In this document: piece by piece, positions 17,931-27,412 of the stretch | Layout of the letters: every line of letters starts with the position of its first letter | Numbering within the stretch: the first letter of the stretch is position 1 | Virus record (IMG/VR): IMGVR_UViG_3300024219_000003 | Span: 1,300-65,299 of that record | Source: a virus | Taxonomy: Duplodnaviria; Caudoviricetes | Strand: one strand, 5' to 3' | Length of the DNA stretch: 64,000 bases | Program-made: the position numbers and the translations under genes | The notes under the pieces: model-generated | The model's input: the letters and a program-made list of their open reading frames with translations, nothing else | The model's database searches: none | What the model was told of the DNA's origin: nothing

Positions 17931-18853
17931 TGCTCAACCGCTATCTCCAAGAGGTAATGGGGTTCGTTCGGGATCGTGGGCAGCGGACCATGAACCCCGA
18001 CGATTTGCGCGTCTACATCAACCGTGCTCGTCGCGAGATCGCGATGCGGACGCAGTGCATCCGCAAAATCCCGCCGATTTCGGGACAGGTGATGACGATC
18101 CAGGTCACGAATTCGGGGGCCAACTACTCGGCGAACCCGGTGGTGACGATCAGCGGGCCGGATCTCCCTGGTGGGCAGAAGCTCTACCCGGCAGGGGCGC
18201 AGGCGACGGCTACGGCGATGGTCGTGGCAGGACAGATCGCCAGCATCAGCGTCATTTTCGGTGGTTCCGGCTACTTTCAGCCCACGGCAACGATCACCGA
18301 CGCAACAGGAACGGGGGCCACGGCGGTTGTTACGACCTCACCGATCAATGTTTTTGTGGCGAATCAGGAGGAGTATTTCCTTTCGGATATTCCGATGCAG
18401 GCTTATCCGGGCGTCAAGTCGGCGTTTGCGATATTGAGCAACTATGTGATTTTCAGCAACATCCGGTATCGGATTAATCATTACCCGCTGACGGAGTACA
18501 AGTCGTTCATCGAGAATTATCCGTTTCAATACTACTTCGTGCCGGTGGCGTGCGCGCAAAAGGAGCAAGGAGTGGGCGGCAGCTATCTGTTTTACCCGAT
18601 TCCGAGCCAACAATATGCGTGGGAGCCGGATTGTTTGTGTTTGCCGAGCGATCTTTCTTCGGAACTCGATGCAGAAGCTATCCCTGAGCCGTGGACCGAC
18701 GCAGTTAGCTTTTACGCTGCATCATTAGCCTACGCCGAGATGCAGAACTATAACACTGCGAGGTATTGGGAAGATCGTTTTAAGGAATACGTTAATAGAT
18801 ATGGTGTGTATGCACGCCCGCGCATGCTCGTGAGTCCATACGGACGCCGCTAA
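17930..18853 (+). CDS. head-tail adaptor-like protein 3 with inserted GxGY module
   Basis: Paralog motifs plus an insertion of about 90 aa. Confidence 0.65.
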   Translation: MLNRYLQEVMGFVRDRGQRTMNPDDLRVYINRARREIAMRTQCIRKIPPISGQVMTIQVTNSGANYSANPVVTISGPDLPGGQKLYPAGAQATATAMVVAGQIASISVIFGGSGYFQPTATITDATGTGATAVVTTSPINVFVANQEEYFLSDIPMQAYPGVKSAFAILSNYVIFSNIRYRINHYPLTEYKSFIENYPFQYYFVPVACAQKEQGVGGSYLFYPIPSQQYAWEPDCLCLPSDLSSELDAEAIPEPWTDAVSFYAASLAYAEMQNYNTARYWEDRFKEYVNRYGVYARPRMLVSPYGRR

Positions 18854-21192
18854 TGTCCGACGCAGGACAAATCTCGCAGCCAAATCAGCACTCTCTCACG
18901 CTGCCGAACGATTTTCATCCGGTAAGCTGGGAAAAATTCGAGACGCTGAACACCAAATCGCCCCGTCCGGCAATCGGCGAGGGGGAGTGTTCGTGGTTTG
19001 ACGGGTTCATGCCGGTTGGGCCAAGCTTTGCGCGCATCCTGCCGGGTGTTGGGCCGATCATCTACACGGCAAGCGGCGCGACAGTCGAGTGGATCGGGTT
19101 CGGCAATGTCGGTGACACGTCCTATGGGATCGTGTTGCAATCCGATGGCGCGATCCATCAGTTCAATACAACGACAGGGGCGCGCACTCAAATTATGGGG
19201 ACGGGGGCTATCGTCTCACCGTCCTCGACCTTTGGATTCAGCCAATGGGGCAGCCAATATCTGATTTTTTGCAAGGATCAGACAAACGGCTATTGGCTGT
19301 GGGATGGGGCTCTCCTGTTCACCGCCGGCTCGATGGGGCCGGAGGTCACGCTGACCAATGCGGGGTCGAACTACACGTCGCCACCAGCCGTGACGATCCA
19401 ACAGACCGGATCGGCGACAGGCACGGCGATGGCGGCGGAAATCGACAATGGATCGGTCAGCCGCGTCGTCGTTACGAACCCGGGGTCAGGGTTTCAGATC
19501 GGTGATTTTGTCGCGCTCAACTTCACGGGAGGAGGGTCCGACGATCAGGCGATGGCGACGGGCGTAGGTCCGACCACGACGACGGGTGGCGTCTCCGAGA
19601 TCATCGTATCCAACGGCGGGGCTCAGTATACGGCTCGGGCGAACGCCGTGTTCACGGGCGGCGGCGGGTCGGGGGCGATAGCCTCGGTCTCGATCCAGAA
19701 TGGAACGGTGACGGCAATCGCCATAATCAATCCGGGGCAGGGCTACACGACAGCACCGGCCGTTACGGTAAACGACCCCGGAATTCCGGGAACGCCGGCT
19801 ATCCCTGGCGGGACGGGGTTTTCTGGGTTCTGCAACATCGCTTTTGGGCAGATCACGGGTATCGGGATCGCATCGGGGGGTTCGGGTTATGTGACCCCTC
19901 CAATTGTGCGGATCATCGGCGACGGGACCAACGCAACGGGGATCGCGACGATAGCGAGTGGTGCCGTTACCGGGATTGTCATGTCGAATTTCGGCAGCGG
20001 GTACACCAAGGCCATCGCGATCTTCGAGGGTGGGAACAATGCGGCGAACGCTGACCCGAAACTGATGCCGTTTGGCATTTCAGGAACGTCGGTCGAGGTC
20101 GCGTTCCAGCGGGTGTGGGTGACGAATGGCGGGGCCGCCGCCGATTTCCCGCCGCGCAACCGTACCATCTTCTCGTCGCCGAACTCGCCGGTCGATTTCA
20201 GTAACGGGGGCGGTGCGTTCCAATCGACCGACTCGTTTTTGCGGGTGGGATATCATTGGTTGAAGCAGACCAACGGGTTCCTCTATCTAGGCGGCGACTC
20301 GTCGGTCAATTACATCTCGGGGGTGCAGACCACGGGGACAGGCGGCTTGGCGATCACGACGTTCGGCAACCTCAATGTTGATCCGCAGTATGGTTCGCCG
20401 TGGGCATCGAGCGTGCAGGTGTTTGGCCGGAACATTGTATTTGGGAACACACTTGGGGTCTTTGTTTCCTACGGCGGCGCGGTTACGAAGGCGTCTTTGC
20501 CGCTCGACGGGTTTTACAATACGGGACCGATCTTCGGGCTGACGGCGAATTTCTCCTCCGCCGTGGCCCAAATTTTCGGAATCGCCGTATATATGCTCCT
20601 GTTACCGGTGATCGATCAGTTCAATGGGAATCTGGTCAACAAGCTCCTGATGTACGACGGAAAGCGGTGGTTCACATCGCAACAGGACCGGACGTTGACT
20701 TATATATCAACTCAGGAGATCAATTCGGTCCTGATCGCATGGGGGTCGGACGGAACGCACGTTTTCCGCTTGTTTCAGACCCCTTCGGCGGGGTTTCAGA
20801 AGGTTATTCAATCGAAACTGTTCTCTGATCCCGGTTACTACACGACCAAGACGGCACTACGGCTATCTGGAGTGCTGCGGGTCTATGCGATCGACCAGCC
20901 GGTGACGATCACGATCGACAATGAGGCGGGGATCGGGACAGGGAATGCGCTGGCGACGGAAACTCCGGCGGCCTTGGCGGCGATCATCAATGCGGGCGGC
21001 GTCACGGTGGTTGTGGTAAATGGTTCGGGGGCTCCTGTTCAGGTGAATGGCTTCGGGATCGTGGTGTTCGGCCCGCTCCCGGTGGGCCAAGTCGGCAGGA
21101 TGATCGGGATGACCTTGCAGACGATTGCTTCCGATATGGCGCTACTGTCGCTGAATGTGGCAGATCAAGCGCCGTACACGGTCAATTTGTAG
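18853..21192 (+). CDS. tail nozzle/stabilisation protein (P22 gp10/T7 gp12-like)
   Basis: 779 aa, beta-rich, after adaptors; central GxGY repeats. Confidence 0.7.
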   Translation: MSDAGQISQPNQHSLTLPNDFHPVSWEKFETLNTKSPRPAIGEGECSWFDGFMPVGPSFARILPGVGPIIYTASGATVEWIGFGNVGDTSYGIVLQSDGAIHQFNTTTGARTQIMGTGAIVSPSSTFGFSQWGSQYLIFCKDQTNGYWLWDGALLFTAGSMGPEVTLTNAGSNYTSPPAVTIQQTGSATGTAMAAEIDNGSVSRVVVTNPGSGFQIGDFVALNFTGGGSDDQAMATGVGPTTTTGGVSEIIVSNGGAQYTARANAVFTGGGGSGAIASVSIQNGTVTAIAIINPGQGYTTAPAVTVNDPGIPGTPAIPGGTGFSGFCNIAFGQITGIGIASGGSGYVTPPIVRIIGDGTNATGIATIASGAVTGIVMSNFGSGYTKAIAIFEGGNNAANADPKLMPFGISGTSVEVAFQRVWVTNGGAAADFPPRNRTIFSSPNSPVDFSNGGGAFQSTDSFLRVGYHWLKQTNGFLYLGGDSSVNYISGVQTTGTGGLAITTFGNLNVDPQYGSPWASSVQVFGRNIVFGNTLGVFVSYGGAVTKASLPLDGFYNTGPIFGLTANFSSAVAQIFGIAVYMLLLPVIDQFNGNLVNKLLMYDGKRWFTSQQDRTLTYISTQEINSVLIAWGSDGTHVFRLFQTPSAGFQKVIQSKLFSDPGYYTTKTALRLSGVLRVYAIDQPVTITIDNEAGIGTGNALATETPAALAAIINAGGVTVVVVNGSGAPVQVNGFGIVVFGPLPVGQVGRMIGMTLQTIASDMALLSLNVADQAPYTVNL

Positions 21193-21201
21193 GATTGTCC
21201 G

Positions 21202-22182
21202 ATGGGCTATACCAACGTTTTCGCCAACGTCACGACGCTCCACACGCAGGATCTCGATACGACATTCAACCAGGCGGGGTTGTTGGGGACGATCCCGTGT
21301 ACGGTGGCCGGGACAAATACCCTTACGCTGACGCCGTTCAGCACGCCGGTTATCGGGACGCCGCCTCTCGTGTTGCAGGCGCAGCTCCGGGTCAGCGGGA
21401 TCGCGGCGAACTCAAACAGCGGTGCCGCGACCGCTAATGTAGCCGGGGGCGGTGCGTTAAACGTCTACAAGGACTCGGCGAGTGGCCCGGTTGCGTTGAG
21501 TGGCGGGGAGATCGTTGCCGGCAACTATTTTGCTCTGGCTTATGACGCGACCCTGAACGCGGGGGCAGGCGGATGGCATTTGGAAGGGGGTTTGGTTGGC
21601 GGTGCGCCGACCGGAGCGGCCGGCGGCGATCTCAGTGGGACATTCCCGAATCCGGCCGTGGCGAAGATCAATGGCGTGGCGCTCGGGTCTACGACAGCGA
21701 CGGCGGGGCATGCCCTTGTCGCCAGTGGAACGGCGTGGGTAGGGGTTGCGATCAGCGGGGATGCAACGCTATCTTCGGCGGGAGCGGTCACGGTCACGTC
21801 GTTGGGGGGTCGAGCTATTGTCGCGCCGACCGCATGGACGCCGACCGACAATTCGGGCGCGGCGCTCTCGTTCAGTGGGGTCAGCGCGAGCTATTCGAGG
21901 CTCGCCAACATGGTGTTCGCGGGGTTCTCGGTCACGTATCCGGCGACGGCAGATGGATCGAACGCCTCGTTCGCAGGGCTGCCGATTGCTGTCCCAAATC
22001 AGACGTATGCGCAGGGTCCGTGCTCGGTGTGGTGTAGCGGTGGCACGTTGCCGATTATCCTGCACCCAACCGCGAATACGTCCACGGCGGCGTTCTTGCG
22101 ACATGATACCGGGGCTGCGATCATCAATTCCGATCTGACCGGCCTTACGGTGCGCGGCATGCTGGTTTATCCGGTGGCATGA
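21202..22182 (+). CDS. tail fibre/structural protein
   Basis: GAAGGDLSGTFPNPAV fibre repeat; Thr/Ala/Gly-rich. Confidence 0.65.
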   Translation: MGYTNVFANVTTLHTQDLDTTFNQAGLLGTIPCTVAGTNTLTLTPFSTPVIGTPPLVLQAQLRVSGIAANSNSGAATANVAGGGALNVYKDSASGPVALSGGEIVAGNYFALAYDATLNAGAGGWHLEGGLVGGAPTGAAGGDLSGTFPNPAVAKINGVALGSTTATAGHALVASGTAWVGVAISGDATLSSAGAVTVTSLGGRAIVAPTAWTPTDNSGAALSFSGVSASYSRLANMVFAGFSVTYPATADGSNASFAGLPIAVPNQTYAQGPCSVWCSGGTLPIILHPTANTSTAAFLRHDTGAAIINSDLTGLTVRGMLVYPVA

Positions 22183-22520
22183 TGAGCCTCGCAAACATCT
22201 TCAACACCCCCGCTTCCGAGCATGATTTCATGGTTTGGTCGTTCTCGAACATGGACCAGCACCGGCAGATCGTGACGGCAATCGCGGCACAGAAGAAGCT
22301 AGACCTCCCCCTGTTCCCGCTCGATCCGATCCCGATGCACGACATCGAAGGGTGGGCCAGGCAGCACCAAGAAAGTCACAATGACTTCACGCAGGCGCTT
22401 GGGATTGGCGGAGTGGATCTGACCGATGTAAACTTGAAAGACCCCGGCGAATTGGCGGCATGGATCAGGCTCCACGCCAATGAACATTTACAGGCGGCGC
22501 AGATTTTGAGGATTACCTGA
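22179..22520 (+). CDS. hypothetical protein
   Basis: Coupled ORF in tail region. Confidence 0.6.
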   Translation: MMSLANIFNTPASEHDFMVWSFSNMDQHRQIVTAIAAQKKLDLPLFPLDPIPMHDIEGWARQHQESHNDFTQALGIGGVDLTDVNLKDPGELAAWIRLHANEHLQAAQILRIT

Positions 22521-23068
22521 TGTCAGAACTTCCAGAACTTCCGGTACTGCGGCGGGGGCGTCCTACCAATGCAGAGTTGGCGGCTCGTCGTCTTACTGTG
22601 ATCGAGGAAGGCGAGACGATCCCCGACCTTCCTCAGCCGAGACGGTGGCAACTCGACGATCTCGATCCGTGGCTACTGTCGCGGATCAACGACCGGTGGG
22701 CCGGCACACAGGCGATGTGGCGTGGTAAGCTGGCCGGCTACTCGGCGGGCAACGAGTACCTGTTCATCACGAACGGTGAGGCGGTGCTGTTGGCGATGGT
22801 CACGCGCCACGCGATGAGTGGGAAGCCGGTTGTTATGGAGGTTTTCGCATTCTGTCGCGAAGCGAACCTCAAGCATGAGGTCTGGGGTTTGGAGGACACG
22901 CAGGGATACGGGGCGACGGCGTTGCGGGCGCTCTACCGGCAGATGCGGGATTGGGCGAAGTCGATGAGCGCGACGCGGGTTTACGTGGGCGTCTGCTCGG
23001 ATCTGGTGCCGTCAAAACTGCGTGATATGTTCGCGGATGCCTACTACGTCGTGGGGGCGCCATGCTGA
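22520..23068 (+). CDS. hypothetical protein, possible GNAT-like fold
   Basis: GYGATALRALYRQMRDWAKSMSATRVYV resembles GNAT motifs A/B. Confidence 0.5.
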   Translation: MSELPELPVLRRGRPTNAELAARRLTVIEEGETIPDLPQPRRWQLDDLDPWLLSRINDRWAGTQAMWRGKLAGYSAGNEYLFITNGEAVLLAMVTRHAMSGKPVVMEVFAFCREANLKHEVWGLEDTQGYGATALRALYRQMRDWAKSMSATRVYVGVCSDLVPSKLRDMFADAYYVVGAPC

Positions 23069-23802
23069 CGCAGACCAAGGACGCCACGTTTTTTAATCGG
23101 GTACTTAATCACCCGGCGGTGCGACCTGACGTGGCTGATCTCGGGCAGGGCGTGCTCGACATGTCGGCGATCGTCGCCAAAGACACGACGGTCCTGCTCA
23201 TCGGTGAGCACGGCGGCTGCATGCTGTTCAAGTACTACGAGGGTTGCTACGAGGTCCACAGCGCATGCCTCCCCTCGGGCCGAGGCCGATGGATGAAGGA
23301 TTTCGCCGAGGCCGTCCTGCACTTCATGTTCACGCAGACTGATTGCATTGAGGTAATCACGCGGGTTCCGAAGGGGCACATAGCGGCGAGGGCGCTGACC
23401 GAGGCGGTTGGGTTCCATCATCACTTCACGACGCTGCCGGAGTGCCTGTTCCGGGGCGCGAAAGTGCCGTGTCACATCTACCTCTTGGCGTTGCAGGATT
23501 GGGCGATGCGGGCACCGGGGCTTGATGAGCGTGGGGCGCAGTTTCATGCGTGGCTGAACCGACAAGTGACGAGTGGAACGCCGCATGAGGACGATCCGGC
23601 GCATAACCGCGTGGTTGGCGCGGCGCTCGACATGATGCTCGCCGGCCGCGTCAACAAGGCGCTGATCTGGTACAACAGATGGTCTATTGCGGCGCGGCAT
23701 TCGCAGATCGCATTGGTCGGGACGCAGCCACCGCAGGTCCGGTTTGACGCCGGAATCCTGACGTTTGCCGAAGACGGCATTCGCTTCGCACATGCGAACT
23801 GA
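23062..23802 (+). CDS. DUF2824-like GNAT-fold virion assembly protein (P22 gp14-like)
   Basis: YEVHSACLPSGRG...ITRVPKGHIAARALTEAVGF. Confidence 0.7.
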   Translation: MLTQTKDATFFNRVLNHPAVRPDVADLGQGVLDMSAIVAKDTTVLLIGEHGGCMLFKYYEGCYEVHSACLPSGRGRWMKDFAEAVLHFMFTQTDCIEVITRVPKGHIAARALTEAVGFHHHFTTLPECLFRGAKVPCHIYLLALQDWAMRAPGLDERGAQFHAWLNRQVTSGTPHEDDPAHNRVVGAALDMMLAGRVNKALIWYNRWSIAARHSQIALVGTQPPQVRFDAGILTFAEDGIRFAHAN

Positions 23803-23803
23803 C

Positions 23804-25021
23804 ATGAGAACAACAGCCGCCCTATTCGGGACGGAGTATGAGCCTCCGAGCTTGTGCCACTTCGGCATCCTTGAAGTCGGATTGCCCGCCCTGTTGGCAG
23901 GCGGCCTAGAGGCGGCAGGTGTCGGGGCGACCACAGCAGGGATTGCGGGTGGGATCGGTGCGGGGGCGCTAGAGGGTGCGGGCCTCGGGGCGGGGGTCTC
24001 GGCGCTGACTGGCGGAGACCCGGGCAAGGGTGCGCTGACTGGTGCGATAACCGGCGGCGCAATTGGTGCGGCGGCTCCGGTTGGTGCGGCGCTTGGTGTT
24101 GGCACAACGGCGGCGGGTGTGGGGCTCGGTGCGGCTGGCGGGTTCGTAGGCGCAGAAGTTACGGGCGGAGACCCGCTAAAAGGTGCATTGTTCGGGGGCG
24201 GCGCGGGGCTGGCTTCAGGATTGATCGGCGGTGGAGGGGCCGCTACGCCGGGGACGACCGTTGCCTCGGCTCCGGCAACAGGAACGGTGGGTGGAACATC
24301 GGCGGTAGGAGCCGGCGCGACGGCCCCCGTAGGAGGAGCAAGTCCGGTGGCAGGTGATCTTACAAGCGCTGGCACGTTTTACGGTGATCCGATGGGCGCT
24401 ACGTCGGCCGGGTTCAATTTCCCCGGCTCTGCTGCTGCGCCGGTGTCTGGTCTGACGAGTAATCCGGGGGCGATTGCTGGCGATGCGGCGGCGACCGGGG
24501 CCACGGGTGGCGATGCTGGATCGAAGATCATGGGCCTCGTCGAGAAGAATCCCGGCGTCTTGCTTGCGGGCGGGCTACTCGGGGCGAACATGCTGCTCGG
24601 CAATGAGAAGACCCCTGCTGAGAAGGCGGTTGAGCAACAGGCGGGCGAGGCGGGGACGCAGGCGCGCACGCTGACGGCGTATCAGACTTCGGGTACGTTG
24701 CCGCCGGGGTTGCAGGGTATCGTTGACCAGCAATTTGATGCGGCAAAGGCGGGGGTTATCGATTCGTTCGCCAAGCAAGGGCTCGGGAACAGCACGATGA
24801 TGGCGGACAAACTCAATGCGCTAAAGGCGCAGAAGTCCGCCGAGATCGCGCAATTTGCTGATATGCTCGCTAAGCAGGGGATTCAGTGGGCGAATCTCTC
24901 GTCGAATGAGTTCACTACGTTGCTGAACGCACAAGCCCAGCAGGACTCTGCATTTACTGCTGCACTTGGCTCGTTCGCTGGTGGTCTCGCGGGCCTGCGC
25001 AGCGGGTCGGCAAAGGTATAG
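23804..25021 (+). CDS. DNA ejection (pilot) protein
   Basis: Gly/Ala-rich hydrophobic N-half and helical C-half; follows the gp14-like gene. Confidence 0.65.
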   Translation: MRTTAALFGTEYEPPSLCHFGILEVGLPALLAGGLEAAGVGATTAGIAGGIGAGALEGAGLGAGVSALTGGDPGKGALTGAITGGAIGAAAPVGAALGVGTTAAGVGLGAAGGFVGAEVTGGDPLKGALFGGGAGLASGLIGGGGAATPGTTVASAPATGTVGGTSAVGAGATAPVGGASPVAGDLTSAGTFYGDPMGATSAGFNFPGSAAAPVSGLTSNPGAIAGDAAATGATGGDAGSKIMGLVEKNPGVLLAGGLLGANMLLGNEKTPAEKAVEQQAGEAGTQARTLTAYQTSGTLPPGLQGIVDQQFDAAKAGVIDSFAKQGLGNSTMMADKLNALKAQKSAEIAQFADMLAKQGIQWANLSSNEFTTLLNAQAQQDSAFTAALGSFAGGLAGLRSGSAKV

Positions 25022-25024
25022 TCG

Positions 25025-27412
25025 ATGTCTGACGCTCCCGCTCCCCGCAGTCCTTACGACTACATTGAGCCGCCACCGAAGGGCGGGTACATCCCGCCGC
25101 CGCCGAGTCCGTCCGATACGATGGGGATCACACCGTCGCCCAGCACCCCGGCAAAGCCACCGGCTGCGCCCGCTCCGGCGAAACCGCCCGATGAGATGAT
25201 CCCGGACCCGAATGTGGGGTTGCAGCCGATCCGGCAGGTATCGTCGGGAGGGCAGCCGGCGTTGCCCGGCCTCAATCGGGATGCTGTGCGGGACGCCATC
25301 AAGGAGGAGTGGACGAAAGCGGGATATCCCTCGGCGGCGGTTGATGGCATCGCGCGGAATGTCGAACAGGAAAGTGGGTTCAATCCCTATAATCTAGGAG
25401 ATTACAAGGACGGAAAGCCCACGTCGTTCGGTGGGTATCAGCACCACGCTGACCGTGCGAAAAAACTAGCCCTTCACCTAGAGCAAGAGCGCGCGCAAGG
25501 GGCTAATCTCAGCGATCCTGTCGAGATGGCGCGAGCGCAGACGAGGTTCTCGATCAAGGAGATGGCGGGCGCTGATCCGATAGCCGCCAAGGCGCGCGAA
25601 CATCTGATGAAGGAGACCGATCCGGGGAGTGCCTATAGCACGTTCCGGGCGGCATTTGAGCGTCCTGCGAACGGGCCTGTCCCGATGTCACTGTTGGCGC
25701 ATGATCTCCCGCCGGATGCTCGGGCTGCCTTGGAGGAGTATCACGCCGCTGGTGCGCGTGAGCGGGACACGATTACTCGGGACAAGCTCGACTTGCAACG
25801 CATGGCGCAGACCGAACCGCCGGGGTCCGCAAAGCGCCAAAAGCTCGAAGACGAGATGCACGTCAAGATCGCCGAGCGGGAGAAGGAGTGGGAGGACAAG
25901 TGGCAGCACCCGCCGATCATGAAGCCGGTGGATGCGCTTGAGAATTTCGGGTCCGTCGCGACCATCGTGTCACTGGTCGGAGGGCTGTTCGCGCGCAAGC
26001 ACATGACGGCCGCGCTCGCCGCATCGGGTGCGGCGATGCAGGCGATCAACCAGAACAACTACGACCAGTACGAGCGGAATATGAAGACGTGGGATCTTCA
26101 GACGCGCTCCGCGATGGAAATTATCAAGATGCAGCGCGAGGATCTGGCGTCGCTGTTGAAGGATGACGACCGCGCATGGGATCACAAGATGGCTTTGCTC
26201 GGGATCAAGCTCAAAGAGTACGGGATGGATCGTGAACTTGCCGCCAGCGAGCGGGGCGATATCCAGACCACTCTCAACACGATGCTGACGTTTGATCGGA
26301 CGCAGAACCAGTTGCGGAACATCGTGGGGTCAATGGCGATCAACAACCACACGCTGTTCGTGAACAACGAGCGGCAGAAGTACTATTCGGAGCACCCGGA
26401 TCAGGTGGGGCAGCCTATCCCGAATGATGTGGAATTGAAGATTCAGGGGGAGGCGAACGAGAAGTTCCCGATCCAGGGGATGCCGAAGGCTGTCGCGGAG
26501 ACTCCAGCGAAGCGGATGGATGCAGAGGTGAAGGCGGATACCCAGCGGCGGAACGATGCCTTCGATAAGGAACATCCTGACGCCACGCCAGAGGAAAAGG
26601 CTGAGGCGCATCACAAGAACGATCTTGCCTCTCGTTCTGAAATGGCTATGGCAACCGCACGCTCGGGTACTGGCAGCGTGAGCGACGAGCAGGCCAGCCT
26701 CCTCGCCGACCAATACATTCAGGGCAACTATGCGGTCATCACCGCTTTGCCGCGTAGCGGTCCGTCGCGCATCAAGGTCGAGAACATGGTGGCGGAGAAG
26801 ATGCGGGGTATGCCGGATGCCGCGCGAACGATCACGATGAACCGGTTGCGAATGGTCGAGGCGGAGTCGGCTGCTCGGACGGCGGGTCGTGTCACGATGC
26901 AGACCGAGATGTATGCGACCGAAGCGGAAGGGGCGGGGCGCGAGGTCGTCAGAACGTCGAGCCTGTTCCCGCGAACCGAGTACCCCAAGGTCAACATCGC
27001 GATCCGTGCTTTTGAGCAGAATACGGGCGACCCGCGCGTGATCCAATTTGGCGCGGCGTTGAACTCGTTGATGAACGCCTATGGCAAGATGTCGAACCCG
27101 ACCGGCACCGGCATTCACGATGCCGACAAAGAGCGGTTGGCGAATATCCTCGATACGTCCCTGTCGCAGCGGCAGATCGAGGGTGGCGTCGAGCAGATCA
27201 TCAAGGAAGGCCACATCATGTCGAATGCGGCCGAAGAGGCGCAGCGGCGGGTGCTGGGCCGGATCGCGCCGCGTGCTCCGGGGACACCGGAGGAACCGCC
27301 GAGGGGTGCGGCAGCGGCAACACCGCCCGCCCCGGCGACAAGTGGTGAGGTTATTCAGAACGGGTGGCGCTATGACGCGACGACGCACGCGCCGCTAGGT
27401 CCGGCACCATGA
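25025..27412 (+). CDS. ejection protein with phage tail lysozyme domain
   Basis: GIARNVEQESGFNP...GGYQH..DR...AFERP typical of Phage_lysozyme2. Confidence 0.75.
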   Translation: MSDAPAPRSPYDYIEPPPKGGYIPPPPSPSDTMGITPSPSTPAKPPAAPAPAKPPDEMIPDPNVGLQPIRQVSSGGQPALPGLNRDAVRDAIKEEWTKAGYPSAAVDGIARNVEQESGFNPYNLGDYKDGKPTSFGGYQHHADRAKKLALHLEQERAQGANLSDPVEMARAQTRFSIKEMAGADPIAAKAREHLMKETDPGSAYSTFRAAFERPANGPVPMSLLAHDLPPDARAALEEYHAAGARERDTITRDKLDLQRMAQTEPPGSAKRQKLEDEMHVKIAEREKEWEDKWQHPPIMKPVDALENFGSVATIVSLVGGLFARKHMTAALAASGAAMQAINQNNYDQYERNMKTWDLQTRSAMEIIKMQREDLASLLKDDDRAWDHKMALLGIKLKEYGMDRELAASERGDIQTTLNTMLTFDRTQNQLRNIVGSMAINNHTLFVNNERQKYYSEHPDQVGQPIPNDVELKIQGEANEKFPIQGMPKAVAETPAKRMDAEVKADTQRRNDAFDKEHPDATPEEKAEAHHKNDLASRSEMAMATARSGTGSVSDEQASLLADQYIQGNYAVITALPRSGPSRIKVENMVAEKMRGMPDAARTITMNRLRMVEAESAARTAGRVTMQTEMYATEAEGAGREVVRTSSLFPRTEYPKVNIAIRAFEQNTGDPRVIQFGAALNSLMNAYGKMSNPTGTGIHDADKERLANILDTSLSQRQIEGGVEQIIKEGHIMSNAAEEAQRRVLGRIAPRAPGTPEEPPRGAAAATPPAPATSGEVIQNGWRYDATTHAPLGPAP

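Noticed and set aside
23044-24375. Long antisense ORFs (also 26330-27388, 32735-33793, 56801-57862, 58943-60265)
   Set aside because: Shadows of GC-rich, codon-biased genes on the opposite strand; no motifs or RBS
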